DNA of 63,110 bases, counting the filler, from Lenisia limosa (taxonomy: Eukaryota > Protista > Breviatea): the NCBI GenBank assembly GCA_001655205.1. It is 14 parts of 14 records of this genome, joined end to end, with 100 filler letters (N's around TTAATTAATTAA, not from the genome) between each part and the next. Parts side by side here need not be neighbours in the genome. Positions count along the whole stretch, not along the records: positions 47,367 to 53,838 come from LPNZ01007501.1; positions 53,939 to 55,346 come from LPNZ01006352.1; positions 55,447 to 60,845 come from LPNZ01011277.1; 11 more parts are not named here. One strand, 5' to 3'. A program made the translations under genes and the position numbers. Each line of letters begins with the position of its first letter. Positions within the stretch are counted from its first letter, which is position 1. Shown here piece after piece: positions 47,576 through 58,800 of the stretch. The notes beneath the pieces were generated by a model. It had not been told where the DNA came from, searched no databases, and saw only the letters and a list, made by a program, of their open reading frames with translations.

Positions 47576-50500
47576 GTTCTTGAGCAACAGGCGTGGTATA
47601 AGAAGGTCCAAGCACGGCCGGTGTACCACTGGAGATGCAAGGTAACTGAGTTTTTTTTTTTTTTTTTGTTAGAAATAACGGGTTTTTTGGGAACTAAAAA
47701 CGAAAACTTGGGGAATACTGGGGGGTTATGTGCTCTTTATGGGCATTTTTAAGTACTCAGCTGCTCCCCACGCCCTCTCTGTTGATTCAAACCCAGTCAA
47801 TATTGTGGCATTTACGGTTTTAGAAATCCGACGAGGTGAAGTCCGGAGCTGCATCGCCCTACCGAACCGCTTTCAATCATGCCGGTGCGGCGGGGAGGGG
47901 GGTCACCCTAAAGACTGAATTTCTCGATAAATCCCGAAACTATCTATTACATAGAAATTTTGGGAGTGTCATGATTTGTTGTTGAGGGAGGGAGTGCGTG
48001 ATAGTGTAAGAAAATGTACAGTCTTGACCTATTTTCCTTGGCACCAGTTCCTGGGCTGTATTGACTCTTTAGCACTTCGCGCCATTATGGATGCCTTGCG
48101 CAAACGCATGTTCAACCCTAAGGTTGGTCATTAATGTGGATAGGGACAGTACAACCGGGAGGATCTAACCAAAGCTTNNNNNNNNNNNNNNNNNNNNNNN
48201 NNNNNNNNNNNNNNNNNNNNNNNNNNNNNNNNNNNNNNNNNNNNNNNNNNNNNNNNNNNNNNNNNNNNNNNNNNNNNNNNNNNNNNNNNNNNNNNNNNNN
48301 NNNNNTCAAAGTTCCAATCATCAAATAGCCCTTACTTTTCATGCAATCCATGCCTACTGAAACTGCCGCTGACCCCTCAGAACAAGGATGACTTAGCTCG
48401 CCTCGACCCCTTCGTTCCCCTCGCTCAGTCGCTCATGTACAACAAGGACCCCTCACTGGTGGTGGCGGCAACGGAGCTGCTGTCAATGCTGTCCAAGTTC
48501 AAACTCAGTGCTAATCGAACCTATGGTACGAGGGAACAAGTCAAGTACAACTTTGAAATATAATACCATGAAGAGGAATACAGTAAACAGTACGATATAG
48601 AAACGTGTGCTGAAGGGTCGGGGTCCTATTCACGGACTATTGGGAGTCTTAGAGAATCTCCCTTGTTCTTTTCTCATTTCTCGAAATTGGATACTTTTGG
48701 GGCTTATTATTATTATTGCAAAAGTGCGTTTTGGATTTGTAAATATAGCTATATCAAAAACGATCGAAGCTGGAGTGATGGGATGCGGGCTGCAGAAGCT
48801 GGAGTGATGGGATGTGGTGCTCCAGAAGCTGGAGTGATGGGATACGGGCTGCAGAAGCTGGAGTGATGGGATGCGGGCTGCAGAAGCTGGAGTGATGGGA
48901 TGCGGGCTGCAGAAGNNNNNNNNNNNNNNNNNNNNNNNNNNNNNNNNNNNNNNNNNNNNNNNNNNNNNNNNNNNNNNNNNNNNNNNNNNNNNNNNNNNNN
49001 NNNNNNNNNNNNNNNNNNNNNNNNNNNNNNNNNNNNNNNNNNNNNNNNNNNNNNNNNNNNNNNNNNNNNNNNNNNNNNNNNNNNNNNNNNNNNNNTGTCC
49101 ATGAGCGATACTGTCACACAGGCGTGTTTCCAGGTTAGAGCTTTAGCTTTCCAACCGGCTTGATTGTCGAACAAACTATTTGCCAAAATCAGAACTAATA
49201 CCCCCAGCTCGTTTCAGCCCTTATGGCCAATTCCGAGCACTTCAAAATGACAGAGCCGCAGCTGAGCCTTATTCTTGCCCATATCCACCAGGTGTGCTTT
49301 TCTCTTGGCCAAATTTTAGTCATATGATGGCTGTCTGGATTTGCATAGCTCCCCCTTTCCACACACACTTATATATCATATGTACGCACACACACACCTT
49401 CTATCTTCACCCCCCACCTCCAGGACCTCCTGACGACGAAAGGACAGCCCTTGACGTTCAGTCTGTTGAAGTCCATAGTCAAAAGAGGCCTTGTCAGCAC
49501 CAAGTTGCTGAGCATGCTCCCACGGCTCCTCGACATTTCCGTCATCAGCCAAGTGCGTTTCGTTTTCGAACTTGTCTTTGCTATGATTTGTATCAAAAAA
49601 AAAAGGTTCCATTTTGTGTACCAATAACATTATTTACCCCTCTCAGGATGACTCCCTCCGAGCCTCCGCAGCTACCTGTGTCACCATCATGTTCCTCGAC
49701 TACGACCTAGGTATGTTGCGTTGTGGGTATGTTGCGCGGATTTCGCATGAATATTGCGGGTATGATCATTGATAATTTCGGGCTATGTTGAATTATCTTG
49801 AAGCGACTGGCCTGGACTTTTTTTTTTGTTTGTTTGTTTGTTTGTTTCATACATTTTCCACTTTTAAGTGATGGATGCGGTGCTGCAGAAGCGACTGGTC
49901 TGGGCTTTGTTTGTTTTGTTAATATCNNNNNNNNNNNNNNNNNNNNNNNNNNNNNNNNNNNNNNNNNNNNNNNNNNNNNNNNNNNNNNNNNNNNNNNNNN
50001 NNNNNNNNNNNNNNNNNNNNNNNNNNNNNNNNNNNNNNNNNNNNNNNNNNNNNNNNNNNNNNNNNNNNNNTCTGGCCGCCCTCAAGAAGAACCTGTCGTA
50101 CAAGGTCGTCCATGGTCGGGCTGAGGCTGTCGAAAGTCTGCGCACCGTCATCAAAAAAGTGGGTTAACTTTCCTAGTAATGGGTGGCTTGGAGTGCGCGA
50201 AACTGGGCCACATACTGTCTTCCCGTTTATTTACAGTGACCAGGATAAGTCTTAACCGATTTTCCTTGGGAAATCCCATAACAAAACGGTCAAGACTTAT
50301 CCCGGTCACTGTTCTTTTAATTTGGGCGCTATTCCACACATTGCCCATCCATCCCCCCTCCCCAGTCAACCACTCTCACACCCCCAGGTCAACAGAGTTG
50401 ATTTTGGGCTTTTTTGCTTCAAATTTCTCATCGCCCCAGGCCAATTAACTTTTATTTTTTAACTTTGTTCAGATAAATACTGCTTTTATCACTTTTTATT

Positions 50501-53500
50501 TTTTTTAACAAAAGACGATGCCATCCCTTTTTAGATGAGCCAATATTTCTCACACCCTAGGTCAACATAGAGTTCCTGAACCAAGAATCCCTGGGCATCT
50601 TCTTGGCCCTCTTCGAGCGCCTCATTAACGAGGGCGTCCCGAAGGTCCGCCAAGCCGTCTCCTCCACTCTCAGGGACTTCCTCATGAGATTAGAGCCAAA
50701 GGTTTGAGGTGGTGGCTCTTTTGGGATTTCAGATTATTTTATTAGACAACTCGTTTCACCCCCCAGACATGGCTGCCTTTATGGACGAAGACCAAGGACT
50801 GGTACCTCAACGCCGCCAAGCCGGCTATCAGAAGGACGGCCGCGCACTCCTTCATGGTGGGGTGGGGTAATGGGAGTGTTTACGGTGTGTGTGTGGGTGT
50901 TGTTCATAGTGAGATGGCTCATTTTTAGCTGTTGGCTGCTTTTCTTTGTTGTTTTCTGGATACTCGTTGTTTCATACCTGAGTGCTTATGATACCGCCTC
51001 TGCCTCATCTTTTTGGGGCTGTTCACCTTGTTCCTTTTTTCACAATTCTGGATATTTCTCAAATGTGAATTGATATGTTTTTCTGTTTTTTTTTTGTTTG
51101 TTGGGGGGATGGTTTACTTTTTCATAATACATGATATTTTCTTTATTGTAACCCCCCCCCCNNNNNNNNNNNNNNNNNNNNNNNNNNNNNNNNNNNNNNN
51201 NNNNNNNNNNNNNNNNNNNNNNNNNNNNNNNNNNNNNNNNNNNNNNNNNNNNNNNNNNNCCCTTCCTTCCTCTCATGTATCCTGTCCTTCAGGCCAGTGT
51301 AACCGTATGCCGGGCTTCTTCTCCTCCTTCTCTTTCTTCTTCTTCTTCTTCTTCTTCTTCTTCTTCTTCTTCTTCTTCTTCTTCTTCTTCTTCATCAATT
51401 CCTACTTCGACACTATCAATGATCTTCATTATCTCTCATGACAAGGATATTTAATCTCCTTTGTTTGATATTCACAGCTCCATCTTACCCAATATACTTT
51501 ACATCCCCCGCAGCGCTCCAGCCGCATGTCAGAGGAGGATAGTTTGGCCGAAAATGAGAATGACGTTGCATCGTCTCTTTGGTGGAGTGTTGCCTACTAC
51601 TCCATCCTGGCAATTGAGCAAGTCTCAATTAAGTATGCCAGTCTACTGAATCCCATGGCCTGTCCGGCTGCGAAGGTGGGATGAGGTGTATTAGTTTGGA
51701 TTAAAGTTTTCACCCTGAGCTTTTGTACCCTTATTATTAATATTGTTATTATTTTTTTGTTATTTTTTTTTTTTATTATTTATTATTATTATTATTATTA
51801 TTATAATTATTATTTGTCCAAACACATGTATGTGAGTATGTGTACGTACGTACGTACGGTTACCTCAGTTCCAACAAAATAATACCATACCAATGGTTGT
51901 TGATTGTACAAGGAGGGGGACAAACCTCATCGTTTTTAGGAATTCTTCACTTCGCACCTGTCAGCGCTCCTTAACCACCGCCACACTTGGGTTCTGGAGT
52001 CGGCATCAAGAGTTATTGGAAGATGCCTTGCACCGCTGGGTGCAACGTCATTGCATATGCTAACCAAAGTCTGTCTTGGGGATTGCAACCGAAACTTCCT
52101 TTGTTCCACCACGTTACACCCATCATCCATTACCTAGAGACACCTCATTTGAAATGCGTACTTTTAATCAGCTGCATATCAACCTCTGTCATAACTAGAG
52201 ATGTACAAGTCTGAAAAAGCGTGCTATAATCAGGGCTAATGAAAAGGGAGTACTGCCTTTTGACGCTGTTCTTAAAAGCCTGACCTCCCTCCCCNNNNNN
52301 NNNNNNNNNNNNNNNNNNNNNNNNNNNNNNNNNNNNNNNNNNNNNNNNNNNNNNNNNNNNNNNNNNNNNNNNNNNNNNNNNNNNNNNNNNNNNNNNNGAG
52401 CCTCGTGCCGGCTTTTGGCTAATGAAACGCAGAGCATGGACCTTGCCAACCAGGGTACCCGGGGGAGAGGGGGGTAATATCGTAATATCTCATCTCGAAT
52501 TAAAAATGACCTGGCAATATCAAGATTGTACTCCAATGTTCAACATATTAGCCCGTATTAATGCTATTGTCTTCTTGTTGACATCTGTGTCACTGAGGAT
52601 TTCCAAAGGGGGAAGAACGTATTGCGGTCCCCAGTGTTTACTATTATGGACTATACTGTCATAATGATATACCCCCTCAGTATATATCCGCCTTCAGTCA
52701 TGTTATCTTCCCTCATGTTCATTTTGAGCACACTTCGGATTGATCAAAGGCAATCGTCAGCACGCCCTCTGAATGGTCGGTCACTAATCTCCACAGTACT
52801 GAAGAATTTGGTCCACTTTGCCCGGATATGCCACAACCACCCCGACCTGCCACTAAAAATCGAAGAAGCGGTGGGGGGTATTGCGATTTGGTATACCCAC
52901 CCCCAGAATCCTAATTAAAAACACGGAACCGATGTAGGCCTAGTTGTGGTAATAGTTAAATTGGCCATATAGGTGTGTTAGCTTTGATGTGATACATGGA
53001 GTATTACTCCTTCCCTTACCGTATTTGGACGATTACTTATTAGGGATTACTTACCATATTGGACAAATGCTTACCTTATTAGGACATGAACGAGGATGAA
53101 GCGGCCGTGGAGAGAGCCGACGCCGCTGACCGCCGAATTGTGGAGAGCACTATCAAACACCGGGTACGGCTCTATGATTATATGATGTTTTCTGTACATA
53201 CATATGGTATAGATTACTTTTGTTTTGTTTTTTTTTTCTTATTGTATCATATGATATTATATATATATATATTTTTTTTTTTTTTTGTTGTTGTTGTTAC
53301 GTTATCAAATATGTAAAAGGCAAATACAATATTATGAGAAACTCGTTTTAACCTTCTCTACCAATATATGTTGATTGGGGGGAGACGGGTGATTGTTTGT
53401 GCTCGGTTTTCACCCTCTGTACGCTGGAGTGATGAGATGCGGTGGTCAGCCAACAGAGTTGATTTTGGGCTTTTTTTTATTTCATATAATTTTTCCATTT

Positions 53501-53686
53501 TACCCCCCCCCCCTAGGTGGAACGTAAGAAGAAGACGTGGCGTGGCGGAATGAAGATGTCGGAAGAGGACATAGCCGAACTGGAAAGGGAAAAGCTGAAG
53601 GGCAAACCCGTGCCGGGCCAGAAGAAACCGAAGACGTTGCTCGAGCGCCTGGCTGAAGAGAAGGGAATGACCAATGTGGCTCCAGT
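47576..53686 (+). CDS. UTP20: UTP20 (SSU processome HEAT protein), internal/C-terminal-half exons
   Basis: LARLDPFVPL, QPLTFSLLKSIVKR, MFLDYDL, NLSYKVVHGRAEAVESL, FLALFERLINE, LLNHRHTWV and ASCRLL...LANQ/VLKNL occur in the order I recall for UTP20. Confidence 0.85.
48766..48915 (+). repeat. Five tandem 29-30 bp copies of the 5' module of the intronic element, running into a gap
   Basis: gaagctggagtgatgggatgcgggctgca x5. Confidence 0.92.
49801..49926 (+). repeat. Tail-to-head fragments of the intronic element in a UTP20 intron
   Basis: aagcgactggcctggac...cattttccactttta joined to agtgatggatgcggtgctgcagaagcgactggtctggg. Confidence 0.85.
50234..50311. mobile_element. Tc1/mariner-type MITE (78 bp)
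   Basis: TA-cagtgacc...ggtcactg-TT. Confidence 0.88.
50390..50428 (+). repeat. Short fragment of the intronic element fused to a duplicated acceptor
   Basis: caacagagttgattttgggcttttttgcttca. Confidence 0.7.
51338..51393. repeat. (TTC)n microsatellite, probably intronic in UTP20
   Basis: Uninterrupted TTC run of about 18 units. Confidence 0.92.
53421..53516 (+). repeat. Intronic element whose C-run tail plus TAG is the UTP20 acceptor
   Basis: acgctggagtgatgagatgcggtg/gtcagccaacagagttg...ttttacccccccccccTAG|gtggaacgt, in frame with the previous exon. Confidence 0.9.
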
Positions 53687-53811
53687 ATGGGGGAAGCTGA
53701 AGATGTCTCTCTATTTGGTGTTTTTTATTTTAGTATCATTATCATTCATCTATCGTCTCCATTTTGGGGTTTTTTTTTTTATGTTTTCTGCTTCATATAT
53801 TTCCCTTTGTA

Positions 53812-53838
53812 CGATGCGGTACTGCAGAAGCGACTGGC
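53812..53838 (+). repeat. Intronic element fragment at contig end
   Basis: gatgcggtactgcagaagcgactggc. Confidence 0.75.
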
Positions 53839-53996
53839 NNNNNNNNNNNNNNNNNNNNNNNNNNNNNNNNNNNNNNNNNNNNTTAATTAATTAANNNNNN
53901 NNNNNNNNNNNNNNNNNNNNNNNNNNNNNNNNNNNNNNCCCCCTCCCCCTAATACCCCCCGCCGCCGCCGCCGCCGCCTTCCGACATCATATTTTA

Positions 53997-54132
53997 TAGT
54001 GTAATGTAGTGTATTGACGTTATTGATCTGGTGGTTAACCAATTTGATGATTTTGCAGTACTTTTGACTGAAAAACCGGGTTTGATTCGAAAAATGAAAA
54101 AGCTTTCGCGTTCATGTGACATGTATGGTCAC
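53997..54132 (+). repeat. Dispersed repeat matching 22452-22580, ending atgtatggtcaccta
   Basis: Direct alignment; the same terminus also occurs at ~23465-23482. Confidence 0.78.
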
Positions 54133-54611
54133 CTATTATATTTTTGAGGTTAAGTAAACACCCTTTTGTTAAGGCTGAATAATCAACTTCCTCCTAAAAA
54201 AAAAAGACGGTTTCAATACAAATTGCTGATTATGTCCTTTTGACCCGCAGACAACACACCCGAAATCTGAGAAATTGAGGGTATTCACCATCCATCCCTT
54301 TTTCAGCTCTTAATAAGATAAAATATATATAAAAAAGTGAAATACTCTCCCAGTTTTCTGCATTATTATTGCCTCATTGAAATATTACTGGAATTCGTTA
54401 CAAATATCCAAATAGCGCAGCAAAATTGTAACACGGTAATCGTGTATTCGCTGCTGTGAAAAAAGTTGTTCAAACACTCTTGGTGAACATATCATATAGT
54501 TCGATTGTCTCGGCAGCGAATAGAGAGTTTTGAGTTCAAATTGAAATACTATACTAATATAGCTATATATGTGTTTTTAAAATTTCCAAATCTAGGATTA
54601 TAGTTGTATCA

Positions 54612-54667
54612 CCAGTCGCTTCTGCAGCACCGAATCCCATCACTCTAACAAACAAAGCCCAGGCCAG
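54612..54667 (-). repeat. Intronic-element 5' module; host gene not established
   Basis: Minus strand ctggcctgggctttgtttgtt/agagtgatgggattcggtgctgcagaagcgactgg. Confidence 0.82.
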
Positions 54668-55272
54668 NNNNNNNNNNNNNNNNNNNNNNNNNNNNNNNNN
54701 NNNNNNNNNNNNNNNNNNNNNNGTACAAATCAAATTCCCACCTCTGTTGGGCAATTGCCATACATCTATCAATAAAAAAGAAACCTTATTCATATGAAAA
54801 AAAATATTAACGTGGGGGGTCAAAAGCGGGACTTTGGGGTGCGGTTGTAGTCGGATAGGGTCGTGGATGTAAGACGGCGCTAAAAGTATCAATTGTTTAG
54901 GGAGACAATAATCAAGGCTCTGTGCAATTATTTATTTTGAAAAAATTGACAAAAATTGATATTTAAGTGTCAAATTGAGTTTACATTACAACGTGTCGCA
55001 CTCAAGTAATTGCACGAAGCCCTAAAAATAATATAATTTACATTTACTACTAACTACCCCTGATTCATTCACTAATTCCTTTAACCCCCCCCCAACCGAG
55101 GATGCGCGTCGCCCCATTATAGGAGAAGCCTAAAATCGTAAATCAGGACTATTTGAAAAAAGTAAATAAATGACAATATTAGAAATTATAGTGTCTGAAA
55201 AGGATGATTAATAACCTAATTTAGGACCGCGAGCATATGATATATACTATATCATATACAATTATATCATTT

Positions 55273-55346
55273 GAGTGACCGGGAAAAGTCTTGACCTATT
55301 TTCCAGGGGAATCATGTAGTAAATCGGTCAAGACTTATCTGGATAA
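55273..55346. mobile_element. Tc1/mariner-type MITE, degenerate
   Basis: agtgaccgggaaaagtcttgacc...ggtcaagacttatc. Confidence 0.8.
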
Positions 55347-55446
55347 NNNNNNNNNNNNNNNNNNNNNNNNNNNNNNNNNNNNNNNNNNNNTTAATTAATT
55401 AANNNNNNNNNNNNNNNNNNNNNNNNNNNNNNNNNNNNNNNNNNNN

Positions 55447-55596
55447 CCCAAAATCAACTCTGTTGGCTGACAACACACGAGGGTTGATAACAACAAAATA
55501 AACAAAGCCCAGGCCAGTTGCTTCTGCAGCACCGTATCCCATCACTCCAAACAAAGCTCAGGCCAGTCGCTTCCCACATCCCATCACTCCAGCGTA
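55447..55596 (-). repeat. Intronic element with duplicated 5' module, sense to the Aa_trans gene
   Basis: Minus strand ttacgctggagtgatggg...(5' module twice)...atcaaccctcgtgtgttgtcagccaacagagttgattttggg. Confidence 0.9.
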
Positions 55597-55663
55597 AGTA
55601 ATTGTTTATATTATGGGAGGGAAGGGCGGAGGGGGGCGGGGGTAAAGACAGCATGATGTCATA

Positions 55664-55730
55664 CGGATGGTGGACGGCTTCGGTCTGATACTACCTTATT
55701 ATTTTTATTTATTTCTCATTGCTATATATG
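55664..55730 (+). repeat. Second intronic repeat family copy, antisense to its host gene
   Basis: ggatggtggacggcttcggtctgatactaccttatt...ctcattgctatat. Confidence 0.8.
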
Positions 55731-55865
55731 TATATGATACATACTATATGATATATATGTGTATGTATGTACTATATAATACTAGGATGTTAACGCATTT
55801 GAAACCTGGCAGCTAATTTCTTGAAACAAATCATAAAAATATATGTATCACCTCTTCTCACCAAC

Positions 55866-58800
55866 CTGGACGATGGAATCCACAGTGGAGGAGGAAACGT
55901 AGTAGAGGATGAAGGTGAAGGCAATGAATGAGGTGAATCTGAGTGCATTGACGGACCTAAAAAGTGAACTGAACTGAACTTTATGTAAATCTGAGTAGGA
56001 AACTAGCAGAAAAATGCGAGATAGACAATAGAATGAATTCAAATTAATCTGAAATGGAAATCTCGCACAATCTGTTTCCACCACCAAGGCCCACTTCAGG
56101 AGGCAAAGGGGCAGGACAATGCCGAAGCCTGTTTGGTGAGAAGTACCAGGTTTTAAAATCCTAATAACTGACAGATCATATCAATACACTGAACTCATAT
56201 TGTGGCTGATACAGTGGCAGGGTACACCCTTAGGCGTATCGTACCCCCAATAGTGATATCAGGTAACTGCTACACTTGCCCATTCATCTAACGCACTAAA
56301 ATTACATTTCCCTGCATGCCAAACGATAAATCCTCTAATATCAATAATCCCTGCAGTACCAAACCAGAAATCTTCCATTATCAATATCTTGGGCGTGGCG
56401 CCTAAGTGGCGCCTGATATACTCAGTTTAAACTAGACACTGCCCACCGATAATGAGGGTAATTGTGATGCGGTTTACATCATAGCCGAAATCGGACAAGA
56501 CGTTAACACCTATAAAGTCACGAAATGCAACCTTATGAGCAGTACAAAAGACCGTAAACAGTGCTAACAACTACCGCGGATTTTATCAAGGAACTGTAAA
56601 GTTTCATTTTACATACAACCACATACTGAAATCACCAATGAGAACCATATACGCGGACAGAGCTCCAGTCATCGTACCGCACTATATGGTCACCCATATA
56701 TAGAAATGAAGAGAGGTTAATTGCAAAATATGGAAATGAAGAGGGGATACCTGCTTAACACGGAAAAAGAATAACACACAACTTCTCCCCACTTGAGCCA
56801 GGAGCAGGATTCTGGCCATATTGGTGGACATGGCGTTGGTGACGACAGCGCGATAGTTGGGCAGACCACTCATCAAACTGCATCGGACAAGGAGGGCTGA
56901 AGTGTTAGGCGAATGTGACGCAAGGCAGGAAAGGATGAGACCAACGCCATGTGTAATCACGTTTGGAAGGATTATTGATTGTTATGTCATATTAAATAAT
57001 TTCAAAAATATGTGATACAGAAAGGTTGCGCATAAGGCATCTGCTCAAAATACCCCCCCCCCCCACTCGCAGTCCAGGTCATGGTGATGGCAGAAATGGC
57101 CAGAAGAACCAGCTGAAGGCCAAGACCGTTCCTGCAGGAGGGAAGGGGATTATGGAGTGTAGTGGGGTCATGGAGTGTAGTGGGGTCATGGAGTGTCGTG
57201 GGGTCATGGAGTGTAGTGGGGTCATGGAGTAGTGGGGTCATGGAGTGTAAAACTGACGCAGCAGAGGAGGTATGAAGCAGCTGTAGCAGTCAAACCAATA
57301 GACCCATGTATCTACTGCCATTCCCAAAACCAGGAGAACACGTGTATCTACTGCCATTCTCACAAACCAGGAGAACACGTGTATGTACTGCCATTCCCAC
57401 AAACCAGGAAAACACGAGAGGGGTGGAGAGAATTCCGGCTCCAATAATACTCTAAAAGGTGAGGAAACACACTGATTAGAATAGAAGCCTCTATTAATTG
57501 GTACTAGGACTTCACTTCGGTTCGAAAAAAAGACGAAATTCATCGATAAATCCTCGAAAACTATCGATAGTTTACTGGTCTTTTTCGAACCGATGTGAAG
57601 CCCTTGTTATTACCCCCCTTCCCCCACGTTAACAACATTGAATACTGCGGCTCCAAAAGAGGCGCTTCCTGCTGGGTTAAGTGTAGGGAAAATAGAAGAC
57701 ATACAGAACTTTTCGATGAAATATTATCCCATATGATATATGCATATCATATGTATACTATGGCAACTCCAACCGCTGTCAGAGTACTGCCTAAGAAAAC
57801 ATACTACATCAACCATATAAGGCAACCCTCACCAGTATCAGGCTGAGGCTCGGGGTTGTCAAAAGGCACTATGGAAGGGTCTTGTGCAGGAACAACTGGA
57901 GTAGGGGGGGGGGGCGTGAAACAAATGAAACATGAAACAAATGAAACATAAACAGTAATCATGTCTACTGGGAAGAAGGTTTGGAAGTAATAATAATGAT
58001 GAAGGGTTTTGCTAAATAGATGCCTGTGAAAGAGATTAATTTGTGAAAAAAGGAAAATGATGTTCGAGTAAGCTCCTATTCTGTGCTATGATAAAGACAA
58101 TCGTTCCCCTTTGCTGCCGAATACGAGCAATTCGGTTTCAATAAGAAATATTTTCTGGTTCTCAAGATGGTATTACTGTATATTACATCATAGTACAAGC
58201 TTATTTTGCTATTACTGTACTCTTTATTATAATAGAGTCTGTGCAATATTGGGGAAGTGGGGAAGATGAAATCCTGAAGGCAAAAGGGGCAGGATGGTGA
58301 AGGGAATAGCGTCAAGATGAGGCTGATAGCCCGCCTACTGGAGTGGAGGGTAGCAGCGTCATCCTTGGTCTTCGTGGGGTGGCTTTCTACAGGAATAAGC
58401 AAATGTAAGTCGGTATATTTGACGTGACCAATGTCAGGTTATTAGCTGAGAGTCTTTAGGTAATGCTACGGGCCACCCACACAGATGGGATTTTTGGTAG
58501 TCTGGGTTTTGTCTTCCAACAGGCTTAGGACTGTATTCAAATTCGAGTCAAAATTCACGAGAGAATAGGAGAATAGAGCGTTAATTTTAAAATATTTTTC
58601 AAATCTTGCTAACTGAACCCACAATATAGCAAAATTTGAAAAACCCCTTCTGTGGGTGGCCCATTGAGTCAGATGTTTTGACCATTTCACCAGAGTTATT
58701 GAAAATATCAGTGATGTTAGGAGATTAATATCACCAATGTACCTATCTGGCGATTATTGCAATAAAGCAACTTGAAATCAACCCAGAAACAACACATAGC

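Noticed and set aside
51300-51440. Poly-Ser or poly-Phe exon from the TTC run
   Set aside because: A donor (acc/gtatgc) precedes it; more likely an intronic microsatellite, though untested
56684-56696. atatggtcacc as another transposon terminus
   Set aside because: It is the 3' end of an Aa_trans intron (ggtgaccatatAG), with no further similarity
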